Assembly (NCBI RefSeq): GCF_009914755.1 | Contig: NC_060932.1 | Direction: 5' to 3' (one strand) | Length of the DNA stretch: 64,000 bases | Source of the DNA: the human T2T-CHM13v2.0 reference genome, Homo sapiens | Shown here: positions 14,480-36,471 of the stretch, piece after piece | Layout of the letters: each line of letters opens with the position of its first letter | Numbering within the stretch: the stretch's first letter is position 1 | Made by a program: the position numbers and the translations under genes | The notes under the pieces: generated by a model | The model's input: only the letters and a program-made list of their open reading frames with translations | Told to the model about the DNA's origin: nothing | Databases searched by the model: none

Positions 14480-14760
14480 TTGTATTGAGCTAAGCACTGT
14501 GCTAAGACCTTTATATGTTATCTTCCCTCAACCCAAGAAATAAATACTGTACTGTTATTGTCTCCATTTTATAGATGTGGACACTGAGGTTCAAAGAGGT
14601 TAAATAACTTGCACAAGATTAAACAGCTGGTGACTTGTGGATGTTTTGCTAGGATCGTCAAATAAAAATTCTGTAACGATAAAAAAATTTAAAAATTAAA
14701 CAGCTGGTGAATGGCAGAGCAGGAATTCAAATTCTGAAGGCCTAACTCAGAAGCCTATTA
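14480..14760 (-). mobile_element. MIR, interrupted by a 61-bp insertion
   Basis: MIR core CCATTTTATAGATGTGGACACTGAGGTTCAAAGAGGTTAAATAACTTGC...GGCAGAGCAGGAATTCAAA. Confidence 0.75.
14634..14694 (+). pseudogene. Micro-retrocopy of a polyadenylated RNA 3' end (source unidentified)
   Basis: AATAAA at 14661-14666, A-rich tail from 14681, flanked by a perfect 16-bp direct repeat ATTAAACAGCTGGTGA (14618-14633 and 14695-14710). Confidence 0.75.
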
Positions 14761-15020
14761 ACCATTATTAGAAAGAAACCATCACTGAGTATGTCTTACA
14801 GTGAAAATAAAAGACCAGCTTAGGCAACACAGGAAAACCCCGTCTCTACTAAATACAAAAATTAGCCAGAGTGGTGGTGTGTACCTGTAGTCCCACCCAC
14901 TCAGGAGGCTGAGACATGAGTCTTGAACCCTGGAGGCCATGGTTGCAGTGAGCTGAGATGGCACCACTGCACTCCAATCTGGGCAACAGAGTGTGTCTCA
15001 AAAAAACAACGCCGAGCTCA

Positions 15021-15182
<162 letters not shown>

Positions 15183-15185
15183 TCA

Positions 15186-15341
<156 letters not shown>

Positions 15342-16709
15342 TTACAACTCTGTGTTGAGGTTGTAGGTCAAGAGATACTGTGTCACCCGAAAGGTGGTGA
15401 TGGTACTTCTATAAACAATTTGAGAAATTTATGCAGGAAATAGTGGTACAGAAATAACTTTGCAAATACAGGTTGCTCAATAAAATTTTTCATGTTCCAT
15501 GTATGAAGATAATTGCAGTCACTTAGGATAAAAATAACACAAGGAAAGGAATAATTGAACATTACTCAGTTACCCAATATCAGTGTTTAATATTGAGATG
15601 AAAGATAAACACTGAAGAGGCAGAGAACAATAACTATAACTAAACGTGGAATTAACAAAAAGCAAGTTATACAGTAAAGGGAAAGAAATTTTCAGAGGGA
15701 CATAGCAAGTCTGCCTTGTTGAGAAAACTGGATACATCCTCAGAAGATAACATCTAAAGGGAAATCACACATGCACTGAGGATCTCTTTCACGCTTTTGA
15801 TCTCATTTCAGTAACATATCTTGAAAGATCATGGGGGAGATCATAAAAAGTTTTGGAAATAACACTACTACTCCTATTCTGAATATAAATATGTGGTATT
15901 GTTTCTGTAACTGTTTATTTTTATTTTTACTTTTTATTTTTTTGAGACGGAGTTTCGCTCTTATCTCCCAGGCTGGAGTGCAATGGCACAATCTCGGCTC
16001 ACTTCAACCTTGCCTCCTGGGTTCAAGCGATTCTCCTGCTTCAGCCTCCTGAGTAGCTGGGATATCAGGCACCCACCACCATGCCCAGATACTTTTTGTA
16101 TTTTTAGTAGAGACAGGGTTTTACCGTGTTGGCCAGGCTAGTCTCAAACTCCTGACCTCAGGTGATCCACTCGCCTTGGCCTCTCAAAGTGTTGGGATTA
16201 CAAGCGTGAGCCACTGCACCCAGCCCTTGTTTATTTTTGAATTGTATTTTGCAATATTTAAGATAAACAAAGTACCTGTATAAAGAATAATACAATGGCA
16301 CATCCACACCTCTTAGCTTAAGAAATGTAGTACTACCACACTGTCTAGTTCTACATAGCTATCCCAGTTGCACCCTTCTCCCTGTCTCCCTCCCCCAAGA
16401 GGTAATCAATGTCTTAAATGTGGTGTTTATCATTTCCTTCATTTATCTGTTCTTGGGAATAATGTTCATCATCAAAAAATAAATATTCATATAAGGGATT
16501 AATGTTCTTTTTGTTTAATTTTCATATATTTAGAAAAATAAGAAAAAAATCATAATTGCACCAGTCTAGCATAACCATTTTTCCTTGTTGACATATTTAA
16601 AGTTGTATCTGTGGATTCCATCAACTCTGTCATTTCTGGGTCTGTTTCTGTTGATTGATTTTTTTTTCTCCTGCTTGTGTTACCTTCTGCTTTTTGGCAT
16701 GATGGTGCA

Positions 16710-16910
16710 GTTCCAGTCCAAAGGCAGTCTGTTGGGAAATCACTCTTACTCGGGGAAGCTGTTCTTTTCTTTCTATTCAGGCCTTTAGCTGACTGGATGA
16801 GGCTCACACACATAATGGAGGGCAATCTGCTTACTCAGAGTTAAGTGATTTAAATGTTAATTTCATCCAAAAACACCATCCCAGCTGACATATAAAACTA
16901 GTCATCACAC
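16710..16910 (-). mobile_element. MLT2-like (ERVL) LTR fragment
   Basis: GACTGGATGAGGCTCACACACATAATGGAGGGCAATCTGCTTACTC...TTAAATGTTAATTTCATCCAAAAACACC...CATCACA is typical of antisense MLT2. Confidence 0.6.
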
Positions 16911-17922
16911 ACTAGTGTACAGACTCCATGGTGTGCAAGAATCTTGTCTTATTTGTGGCTATATCTCCAGCATCTGTAACAGCACCTGGGGTGTGGTAGG
17001 TGCATCATATTTATTGTTCATTGGATGAATCAAGTCTATGTGATTTTGGTGCCTAGTCTGAGCCCAGAAGGTCAAGGCTGCAGTAAGCCGTGATCTCACC
17101 ACTGCACTCCGCCTAAGCAACAGAGCGAGACCCTGTCTCAAACAAACAAAAAAATTAGGTATGGTAGTGCACACCTGTGGTCCCAGCTACTCAGGCGGCT
17201 GAGGTGGGAGGATCACGTGGGCCTGGGAGGTGGAGGCTGCAGTGAGCCGTGATTGTACAACCACACTGCAGCCTGGGCAACACGATTGGACCCTGTTAAA
17301 ACAACAACAACCAACACACACACGTAGCCATCTTATTTTTTAGGGGGGAAAAAGAGACTACTAAAAGAGCAATTTCATAAGCCTAAATGTAAAAGCTAAA
17401 ATACAAAGCTTTTAGAAGAAAATATAGAGGCCGGGCACGGTGGCTCATGCCTGTTATCTCAGCACTTTGGGACGCCAAGGTGGGCAGATTGCTTAAGCTC
17501 AGGAGTTGAAGACCAGCCTGAACAATATGGTGAAACCCTGTGTCTATTTAAAAAAAAAAAAAATAGGAGAATCTCTCGACTTCAAGAAAAGCAAAGGTTT
17601 CTTAGGACACAGAAAGCAATAATCATAAAAGAAAACTTAGATAAATTGTCATCAAAATTAAAAACTTCTCATCAAAAAGTCAGTAACAGCTGGGTGCAAT
17701 GACACATTCCTGTAGTGCCAGCTACTCAGGAGGCTGAGGCAGGATTGCTTGAGCCTAGGAGTTTGAGACCAGCCTGGGAAACAGAGCAATCAAGACTCTG
17801 TCTTTTTAAAAAATAATAATAATAATAAAGGCCGTGTGCGGTGGCTCACGCCTGTAATCCCAGCACTCGGGAGGCCGAGGCGGGCGGATCACAAGGTTAG
17901 GAGCTCGAGACCATCCTGGCTA

Positions 17923-18126
<204 letters not shown>

Positions 18127-18174
18127 CTAGGCACGGTGGCTCACACCTGTACTCCCAGCACTTTGGGAGGCTCA

Positions 18175-18405
<231 letters not shown>

Positions 18406-18429
18406 TCAAAAAAGGCTTTTTTGTTGTTG

Positions 18430-19330
<901 letters not shown>

Positions 19331-19783
19331 AATGCTTGCTCTCTGTGCAATGCTTTTTGCTTTTTGTTTTGAGACATGGTCTCTCTCTGTCGCCCAGGCT
19401 GGAGTGCAGTGTCACAAACACAGCTTACTGCAGCCTCCACCTCCTGGGCTCAAGTGATCCTTCTGCCTCAGCCTCTGGAGTAGCTGTGACCACAGGTGCA
19501 TGCCACCACACCCAGCTAATTAAAAAATGTGTTTTTTTGTAGAGATGGGGTCTCACCATGTTGTCCAGGCTGGTCTCAAACTCCTGGGCACCTCAGCCTC
19601 CCAAAGTGCTGGGATTACAGGCATGAGCCGCCACGGTCAGTCAGTGCTTTGTATCTTGCTTGGGATTTAGGTTGCACTGGGTATGCATACATTGGAACTC
19701 AAGGAATGGTATGCTCATGATGTGTCCATTTCATTGTGTTTAATGATATGCACGATGAAGTATGTATATCATATGAAGTATGT

Positions 19784-20595
<812 letters not shown>

Positions 20596-20743
20596 GTATA
20601 TACTTGTGACATAGTTAATGATATACATGTCGAAGTATTTCAGGGAAAGTCTGCTAATGTTTGCAACTTTGAAAGGCATCAAAAACTAAGATTGATGAAA
20701 GGATGGAGGGATTGATAGGTATGTTATCAAATAAGGAGAATAA

Positions 20744-21014
<271 letters not shown>

Positions 21015-21281
21015 TAGCCAGGATGGTCTTGATCTCCTGACCTCGTGATCCACCCGCGTCGGCCTCCCAAAGTGCTGGGATTACAGGAGTGAGCTACTGC
21101 ACCTGGCCAATAATTGATTTTTTAAATGCAAAAATTATATAATAGTTGGGCGTGGTGATGCACACGTGTACTCCCAGCTACTCTGGAGGCTAAGGTGGGA
21201 GGATTGCTTGAGCCCAGGAGTTTAAGGCCAGCCTGGGGAACATGGTAAGACCTTCATCTCTCTAAAAAAAAAACTAAAAAT

Positions 21282-22850
<1,569 letters not shown>

Positions 22851-23050
22851 AGTTGCAGTGAAGAGAGTTCACAAACAACAAAGTTTGGGAAATGCTGGCT
22901 TCCCATATGTTAAGACAAGGTAAATTTGGATTGGTTAGGAACTGCCTTTTGTAGTCCAGAGAGAGATTCAATGGCGCCATCAACAGATTAAATTAGGTAA
23001 TATGGAAGACCAGGGAGGAAGAAAAAAATACAGGAGGTAGGTGGTTAAGA

Positions 23051-23162
23051 ACTGTAGAACTTCCTTTCCTGTCTTCCTCCTTATGCATGATGAACACAAG
23101 ATACAGACTGTAGAACTTTCTTTCCTGTCTTCCTCCTTATGCATGATGAACACAAGATACAG
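23051..23162. repeat. 56-bp tandem duplication (2 copies, 1 mismatch)
   Basis: Units 23051-23106 and 23107-23162: ACTGTAGAACTTYCTTTCCTGTCTTCCTCCTTATGCATGATGAACACAAGATACAG. Confidence 0.95.
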
Positions 23163-24589
23163 ACAACTATGGGAACATCTGAACTAGTCAATATAATTAA
23201 TTATTTTATGGTATGTCATGCTGTAATTTATATTACCTCACCCTTACTGATCTTCAGATTGTGCCCTAATATTTTGCACCTTTGCTTGGAGGATAAAGTT
23301 CTTAGCCTATATACAAAGGAAAGCCTCTGCGGCCCTAGCAACAATCTACCTCTAAAAGCCTTCATTCAGCTTTATTTTATTTTTAGAGACAGGGTCTCAC
23401 TATATCGCCCAGGCTGGAGTGCACTGGCATGATCTCAGCTCACTGCAGACTTGACCTCCTGGGCTCAAGTGATTCTCCCACCTCAGCCTCTTGAGTAGCT
23501 GGGAGCACAGGCTACGCCATCACGCGCAGCTATTTTTTTTTTTTAGACAGGTTTAGCTATGTTGCCCAGAGGGGTCTCGAACTCCTGAGCTGAAGCAATC
23601 TGCCTCCTTCCGCCTCCCAAAGTGCTGAGAATACAGGAGTGAGCTACCGCGCCCGGCCTCAAGCTCTAAACTGCAGCAATAATCACTGGTAGTTCCTTTG
23701 CACTCAGGTTCCTAAACTTGAAATCCCACCCTTCCCGGACATCCTTGCCCAGATTCCTAACCTTTGAACACAACGTAGGCGTGACTTCCTTTTGGAAAGC
23801 CTTTTGCAAGCCTTCTGGGTATGGTTCTGCAACACCCTGTGTATATCTCTATCATAGCACTCAGGCACTGCATTGTGTTTATTTGCTTACAGGGCTATCT
23901 TTCCCAGTTTTTTTTTTTCTTCTCCATAGAACCAGAAAGTCGGATAAGCTGAGTTTCTTGAGGACAAATTCAGTAACTTGTAAATATTTGAATATCCAAG
24001 AGTTGTAGAGTACCAAACTGTGGAGCTCAATAAATTTCAGATGAACTAAACTGAATAGTCAGGTGGGATGCTAGATGGATGGGTCAGGAAAAAGAATTTT
24101 CTTTTTTCTTGCAAAGTGTTGGGATTACAGGCGTGAGCCACCGCGCTTAGCCAGGAAATATAATTTCTTTCTTTCTTTTTTTTTTTTTTGAGACGGGGTC
24201 TCATTCTGTCGCCCAGGCTGGAGTGCAGTGGTGCAAACTCGGCTCAAAGCAACCTCCGCATGCGGGTTCAAGCAATTCTCCTGCCTCAGCCTCCCGAATA
24301 GCTGGAATTACAGGCGACCGCCACCACACCCGGCTAATTTTTGTATTTTTAGTAGAGACGGGGTTTCACCATATTTGCCAGGCTGGTCTGGAACTCCTGA
24401 CCTTGTGATCCGCCCGCCTCGGCCTCCCAAAGTGCTGAGATTACAGGCGTGAGCCACCGCGCCTGGCCAGGAAAGATAATTTCCAAGTACGAAATGTTGT
24501 AGATTGGGAGGACCTCAGTAGCTTGGGAGAAGTGCACAGTGGTGAGTTATAGGACGGCAATGAGGTCATGGAACTATGAAGTCAAGGTT

Positions 24590-25450
24590 AACAATAACGC
24601 GTGCAGGCAAAACTGAAAAGGGGCGGAACAAGGGGTAGCGGGTCTCCAGGACCTGGCATTAGGACGTGCGTGTTAGGGGGCAGGTATTTGGAGCCAGGCC
24701 CCACTTTCGAGTTGTCTTTCCGCAGGAACCAGAGACTGCGGACGGGGCCAGGAACCAGGAACCGTTAGGGAGATAAGGAAGGTGTTATAGCCCACATTCA
24801 TCCTATACGGCCACAAGGCCGGGGGGCCCAGGCTGCCTCCTCACAGCATCAGCTTTTTCTTCGGCTTCATTTCCCTCTGGAAAGCGCTTTCTCACAGACG
24901 CTGCAAAGACCGAAGGGGCAGCCCCTGCCCTGCTACCCTCCAGGGAGCCACCGCTCTAGAGCCCAGGCTCCTCTGGACATCATGTGACTTGGGGGACGAC
25001 TTGCCTTTCTTCTGAAACACGGCTACAGACTATAACTTTAAAACACGGGGCTTAGCTCCCCCTCAATAACGACACGGCCGTCAGTATTTACCACGTTATT
25101 GACCCTCTCCAGCCGGCCCGCGGCAAGAAGAGTTCCACTTCCTTCCCGGAAAACGCGGCCGGAAGGGGCGGGCTTTCCGCCTGCACCAGGCGCTTCCGCC
25201 ACCATGGCTTCACGTGGGGTTGTTGGCATTTTCTTCCTCTCTGCTGTCCCCCTTGTGTGTCTGGAGCTCCGGCGTGGGATCCCGGATATAGGTAAGTGTG
25301 ATTTTTTCCCTTCGACAGTCACAGCTGGGTAATTTTCACAGGAATGTTGCATAGAACGACCGCCTCTTCGGCTGCGTGGCTTCGGAGCAGCTTTGACTAC
25401 AACTCCCAGACTGCATCGCCCCTGCCCCCCCACTTCCGGAGCTGACTTCA
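24590..25450 (+). promoter_or_regulatory. UBXN8: UBXN8 CpG-rich promoter
   Basis: CpG enrichment; ETS CCGGAA/TTCCG sites at 25140-25200 and 25431-25440; GC box near 25165; M-box TCATGTGAC at 24980; ZNF143/THAP11-type ACTACAACTCCCAG at 25396. Confidence 0.8.
25204..25291 (+). CDS. UBXN8: UBX domain protein 8 (REP8), exon 1
   Basis: GCCACCATGG Kozak; MASRGVVGIFFLSAVPLVCLELRRGIPDI(G); donor G|GTAAGT; 88 nt. Confidence 0.96.
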
Positions 25451-25607
25451 CTTCGAGGAACCTTTTCCCTCCAGGTGTGATGGTTTTACGTGTAAGAGGG
25501 TAGAGGCAAAGAGCACAGGGGCAATCATAGACAGTGCTTTCGCATCCTGGCGAACACTGAAAAGGAAATAAACAGGTTGATAAGATGAAGGTCTTGTGAG
25601 AATTTAG

Positions 25608-25751
<144 letters not shown>

Positions 25752-26888
25752 TAGGTTTAAATAAGGGGCCACGCCCGTGAAAAGCCAGTGGGGGCAGGGA
25801 AGGGATGGGGGAGGGGAGGAATATTTTAGGCAAAAAGATTGTGACACGTTGGAGGAAAAGGTGAAGGCCATTGTGGCTGAATCAAGGAGAGTTGGGAGGA
25901 GGAGGAGGAGGAATTGGCTCAGGATAATGACGTTTATTGAACACCTATTATAAGCCAAACACCAGGTGCTGGTTATTATCTCATTTAATCTGCACTGCAA
26001 TCAGAGGAGGGTAGGCACTATTATAATCCCCATTTTACAGTTGAGGGAACTAAAATTTAGGGAGGTTAAGTGACTTCCCTAAGTTTTAAAAAGGTCACTC
26101 GATTCTGTATGGAGAATGCTTTGGACAGAAGCTATGGTGGAAGCAGTGAGGCACATCAGGCTTTGGAAGTTGACAAGTGGTGATGATGGCCTGGACTAGA
26201 ACAATAACAGGAGATGAAATGTAGACAGAATTGGGATATTGACGGAGTAGGATCAACCAACAGGCTTTGTTTATGGGTTGATGTTTGGGGCAAGGGAAAG
26301 GAAGGATTCAAGGACGACTGCCTCATGGGGGACTGAGCAAACCTAGGTATTTGGTAGTGCTACTGGTAAAGGGGAAATGGAAAGAAAAACTGTGGAGATG
26401 CTGAGAATCATGAGTTGATTTTTGGACATTTCAGTGATCAGTTTACATGTCTGTCTCCCTTTTTAAGGTCAATTCTAAAGTTAGAGACCATAATGAAACT
26501 TGGCTTTGTGTACTCCCTCTCTTTCTCCACATTTTCTCCCTGCTCACAAGGAGTCAGATGCCTAGAAATGTTGCGTGCAATAAGAAATGAAAATAAAATG
26601 CTTTAAAAAAATGTACAAAGACTGTCCTGAAGCTTCTCACTCACTCAAGCTGTGTTGGAATATAACAAGACCTTTATCCAAAGGATCAGAAATGTTGAAT
26701 TCACACTCACCATTTCCGCAATTCACCTGTTCCCTTGTCTTTTCAACATCCACCCCTACTCTGCTCATTTATTATTTTTTGAGACAAGGTCTTGCTCAGT
26801 CACCCAGGCTGCAGTGCAGTGGCACGGTCATGGCTTACTGTAGCCTGGACTTCCCGGCTCAAGTGATCCTCCCACCTCAGCCTTCTGA

Positions 26889-27164
<276 letters not shown>

Positions 27165-27283
27165 TAAATTGCACCTGGGCTCCTGGCAGCATCTTTATCT
27201 AGTTCTTGAAATTTTCATGGGATTAGCTTCTTTCTCAGAATTCTGAACGAATGATTGTTTCCTTTGGATTGTTTCCTCTTTTC

Positions 27284-27818
<535 letters not shown>

Positions 27819-27895
27819 TGAGCCACCGCGCCCTGACTAAGCTAAATATTTTAAGGCCAGTTCCTCACGTTGAAGTACACTGCTTATGGGGTCTA

Positions 27896-28209
<314 letters not shown>

Positions 28210-28302
28210 TTAAAGGTATACACACAAATATAGTTCTTTCATATTCTCATGTGATGTTTGCAAATTGCTTGTTAGAACGAACAGCAGTAGTATGGAACAT
28301 AA

Positions 28303-28653
<351 letters not shown>

Positions 28654-28880
28654 TAGATATTAAACTACTTTTGTATTGGCCAGAGATAAAATAGATTAAA
28701 TTATGTGTTGTATTGAATAACACCTGAATCAACAGTTAATACTGGCAAGTTGGAGGAGCCGTGATTTTTTTTTTAAAGTCATACTTCTTCTCTAAGCAAC
28801 TTTAAATTGCTAGGGTTTTTAAAGAATATTGGGCCAAGCAAGGTGGCTCATGCCTGTAATCCCAGCACTTTGGGAGGCCA

Positions 28881-29736
<856 letters not shown>

Positions 29737-29739
29737 TAG

Positions 29740-29871
<132 letters not shown>

Positions 29872-30244
29872 TGATTCCTTCTTTAAGTTTTAGTTAATTG
29901 ACTAATTACCAGCCTTGATCACGTTGGATTCCTCTGTATCTCTGCCATTTATCTTTTGAAAATTAAAAACACAAAACGAGTAAAAATTCCAAGAGGATGG
30001 AAATCATTTTTAACCCAGCTTTGTTTCCTGTCCCTCAACATTTGCCAAATTGTATTATGCAAAGTAGGTAGTTAGATTTCTGCTCAAATAATTTTCACTT
30101 TGGTTCTTAATATAACACCAAATACTGGCTGGGTGCGGTGGCTCATGCCTGTAATCCCAGCACTTTGGGAGGCTGAGGCCAGCGGATCACCTGAGGTCAG
30201 GAGTTTGAGACCAGCCTGTCCAACGTGGTGAAACCCCATCTCTA

Positions 30245-30499
<255 letters not shown>

Positions 30500-31136
30500 T
30501 TACTTACAAGTGACTAAATGTCAAGAAATAAAGAAGCACACAGTTGCACAATTTGTGAGAAATAAGAATTTGGTGTTTCAGTGAGATTATCATAGAACTA
30601 GAATTTGACACGATATTTTCTTTTTTTCTTTTTTTTTTTTTTGAGACAGAGTCTCTCTCTGTCGCCCAGGCTGGAGTGCCATGGCACGATCTTGGCTCAC
30701 TGCAAGCTCTGCCTCACAGGTTCATGACATTTTCCTGCCTCAGCCTCCCAAGTAGCTGGGACTACAGGTACCCGCCACCGCGCCCAGCTAATTTTTTGTA
30801 TTTTTATTAGAGACAGGGTTTCACCGTGATAGCCAGGATGGTCTGGATCTCCTGACCTCTGATCTGCCTGCCTCGGCCTCCCAAAGTGCTGGGATTACAG
30901 GTGTGAGCCACCACACCTGACCAACACGATGATATTTTCAGTTTTATTTCTAGTTATGTAATTTTCTCTATATGGGAAACTACAACTTATACATTACTGA
31001 TATTCATAATATAGTGTAGCTGATCGCTCTAATTGTAACTGTATTCCCAAGATAGTGTTTATTCTAGAATTATGCTCTGTACATTTGTTGTGGAAATGAC
31101 AACCATCATGAGTTTTTTAATGCCCAAAGGAGAGTA

Positions 31137-32139
<1,003 letters not shown>

Positions 32140-32412
32140 TATATGAACAAAATCATAAGACAGTTGTATAACTTCTACTATACTTTTCCAGTACAAATAA
32201 TCTTCTAATGTGTTATAATTTATTAGGAGTATCAAGAAAAATGTTTTGGGTTGGGCATGTTGGCTCATGCCTGTAATCCTAGCACTTTGGGAGGCCAAGG
32301 CAGGAGGATCACGTGAGCTCAGGAGTTCGAGACCAGCCTAGTCAACATAGTGAGACCTCATCTCTTAAAAAAAAAGTTTTGAATTTTAATTTTAGTTTTT
32401 TTCCTTTATCAG

Positions 32413-32535
32413 GAATCAAGGATTTTCTTTTGCTTTGTGGCCGGATTTTGCTACTGCTTGCTCTTCTTACTTTAATTATTTCTGTGACTACCTCATGGCT
32501 TAACTCATTTAAATCTCCCCAAGTTTATCTGAAGG
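32413..32535 (+). CDS. UBXN8: UBXN8 exon 2 (transmembrane segment)
   Basis: TTTATCAG| acceptor; GIKDFLLLCGRILLLLALLTLIISVTTSWLNSFKSPQVYLK; donor G|GTAAGT; 123 nt. Confidence 0.95.
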
Positions 32536-32931
32536 GTAAGTTTATTATTTATTCTACCCTGTTATACCATTCTACTCTAATTTATTTATTCTAGAACTTT
32601 GCACAGTAAGAGCCATTTTACTATTAATTTGTGATGTGTAGTTTCAGGGAGAGTAATCAGTACAACTTTAGTCATGATTTTTTGTGTTGGTTTTTAAACA
32701 TTAGTGATGATTGTTTTGCATGGAGTATATCCCAACATTTTTATGAGAAATTGTACATTTTTCTTATATATGTGTTTTAAAGCTATATCATTTCTAAGTT
32801 GTTATATGGTAAATTCCCTAATTTTAAATTGTGTGTTTGTGCTGCTTAACTGCCATTTGATACCTACAGTTTATGAGCTGTTCTACAGAGTCAATGTATC
32901 TACCATTAAACTTTTTTTTTTTTTTTTTTGA

Positions 32932-33072
<141 letters not shown>

Positions 33073-34051
33073 TAATTTTTGTATTTTTTGTAGAGACAGG
33101 GTTTCACCATGTTTACCAGGATGGTCTCGATCTCTTGACCTCGTGATCCGCCCACCTCGGCCTCCCGATGTGTTGGGATCACAGGCGTGAGACACCACAC
33201 CCGGCCAATCTACCATTAATCTTGAAAGGCTTTTCATCCTAATGTTTTATTCCATTCTAGCAGTTTTTACTTAGGCACCTTTGTCTTTTATATGTAAATG
33301 TTTTTAATTTTAGGAAATCATGCTTGTTTTTAGTTTTTTAATTTGAGACAGAGTCCCGCTCTGTCACCCAGGCTGGAATGCAGTGGCGTGCTTGGCTCAC
33401 TGCAACCTCCTCCTCCCAGGCTCAAGTGATCCTCTCGCCTCAGCTTCCCGAGTAGTTGGGACTACAGGTGTGTACCACTGCACCTGGCTAATTTTTGTAG
33501 TTTTTATAGTTTTTGTAGAGGTGGGATTTCGCCATGTTGCCCAGGCTGGTCTCTAGCTCCTGAGCTCAAGTCCTGCCTCAGTCGCCCAAAATGCTGGGAT
33601 TACAGGCTTGACCCACTTCACCCAGCCTGTTTGATTTTTGATAAGCAAAAGTTTGTGAGTCCTAGAAGCCTTTTAAAATAATATTGTACTTAGCCTCAGA
33701 ATAGGTGAATCTTAAAACCAAAAACTACATATTTTCTATGCTACTAGGAAGAAGCTTGTCATTAGTGAATTTGGTACATTGTGTTTTGTTTCACTGTTTA
33801 TTAAAATGTAAGTAAATAAAAGGAAAGTGACCAGTATTTAATGTATAGCCCTTTCAAATTAACTGTGAACAAAACCATAATCCTAAAAGGTTATACTATT
33901 CAACCCAAACATAAATGACAATGTGATGTGTTAGGGTCTCCCCATCATAGACTTTAGATTTTTTTCTTTCTTTTGATACATTATTTGATTGGTTGTACTT
34001 CAAATAAGATACTTGGGAAGTAAAAAGCACTTTTATGTTTTGATGTCTTAG

Positions 34052-34122
34052 AAGAAGAAGAAAAGAATGAGAAAAGACAAAAACTTGTGAGAAAAAAACA
34101 ACAAGAAGCACAAGGAGAGAAG
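34052..34122 (+). CDS. UBXN8: UBXN8 exon 3
   Basis: CTTAG| acceptor; EEEEKNEKRQKLVRKKQQEAQGEK; donor AAG|GTAAGG; 71 nt. Confidence 0.94.
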
Positions 34123-34265
34123 GTAAGGCAGAATTTTTAGAGACTTTATGCGTAGAGAAATACAAAAATCTCTGAGGCAATTAAAATTAAGGGCTGTTGC
34201 TTCTGTCTTGGTGCTAAGATTTTAAAAAATATATAATGAGGTCAAATTCACGTGACATAAATTGA

Positions 34266-34601
<336 letters not shown>

Positions 34602-35040
34602 TAGTACATTCACAAGGCTGTACAACTACCACCTCTGTTCCATCTTCTGTAAAGAAAACCGTATACTCTTTAAACAGTCACTCCCCACTCTGCCCTCATC
34701 CCATCCTCTGAAAACCACCAATCTGCTTTCTGTTGGTATGGATTTACCTATTGTGGATGAATAATATTCCATTGAATAGATATACCACTTTTTTTTTTTT
34801 TTTTTTTTGAGACTGGGCCTCTCTCTGTTGCCCAGGCTGGGGTGGAGTGGTACAACCATACCTCACTGTCGCCTCAAATTCCTGGGTTCATGGGATCTTC
34901 CTGCCTCAGCTTCCTGGGTAGCTGGAACTACAGGCACACACACACCACCATGCTCAGCTAATTTTTAAAAAATTTTGGGCCAGGCGTGGTGGTGCACGCC
35001 TGTAATCCCAGCACTTTGAGAGGCTGAGACGGGTGGATCA

Positions 35041-35590
<550 letters not shown>

Positions 35591-35682
35591 TTACTTGGTT
35601 CTTATTTACAACTTTATAGACAGTGTACATTTTTAGGAACATTAATGGATAGTAACAACACCTAATTTGTTGTTTTCAACAG

Positions 35683-35805
35683 GCCAGCAGATACATAGAG
35701 AATGTTTTAAAACCTCACCAGGAAATGAAATTGAGAAAACTGGAGGAGCGCTTTTATCAAATGACGGGTGAAGCCTGGAAATTAAGCAGTGGTCACAAAC
35801 TTGGG
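35683..35805 (+). CDS. UBXN8: UBXN8 exon 4
   Basis: CAACAG| acceptor; ASRYIENVLKPHQEMKLRKLEERFYQMTGEAWKLSSGHKLG; weak donor GGG|GTTGGA; 123 nt. Confidence 0.9.
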
Positions 35806-35992
35806 GTTGGAAAATATTCTCATTTTATATTTTGAATCCTCTTACTATGTTTCCTATTACATGATTGATTTTTAATTGAAAATGATGTTAGACTGCTTTT
35901 AGGAGTTTTTATTGATAATGATTATCAGTTTTTGTTCAGCATACTTGTTTATTACATGGTTAAGGGGTTGGTCGTTTTTTTTTTTTTTTTGA

Positions 35993-36178
<186 letters not shown>

Positions 36179-36264
36179 TAGCCAGGATGGTCTCAATCTC
36201 CTGACCTCATGATCCGCCCGCCTCACCCTCCCAAAGTGCTGGGATTACAGGCGTGAGCCACTGA

Positions 36265-36471
<207 letters not shown>

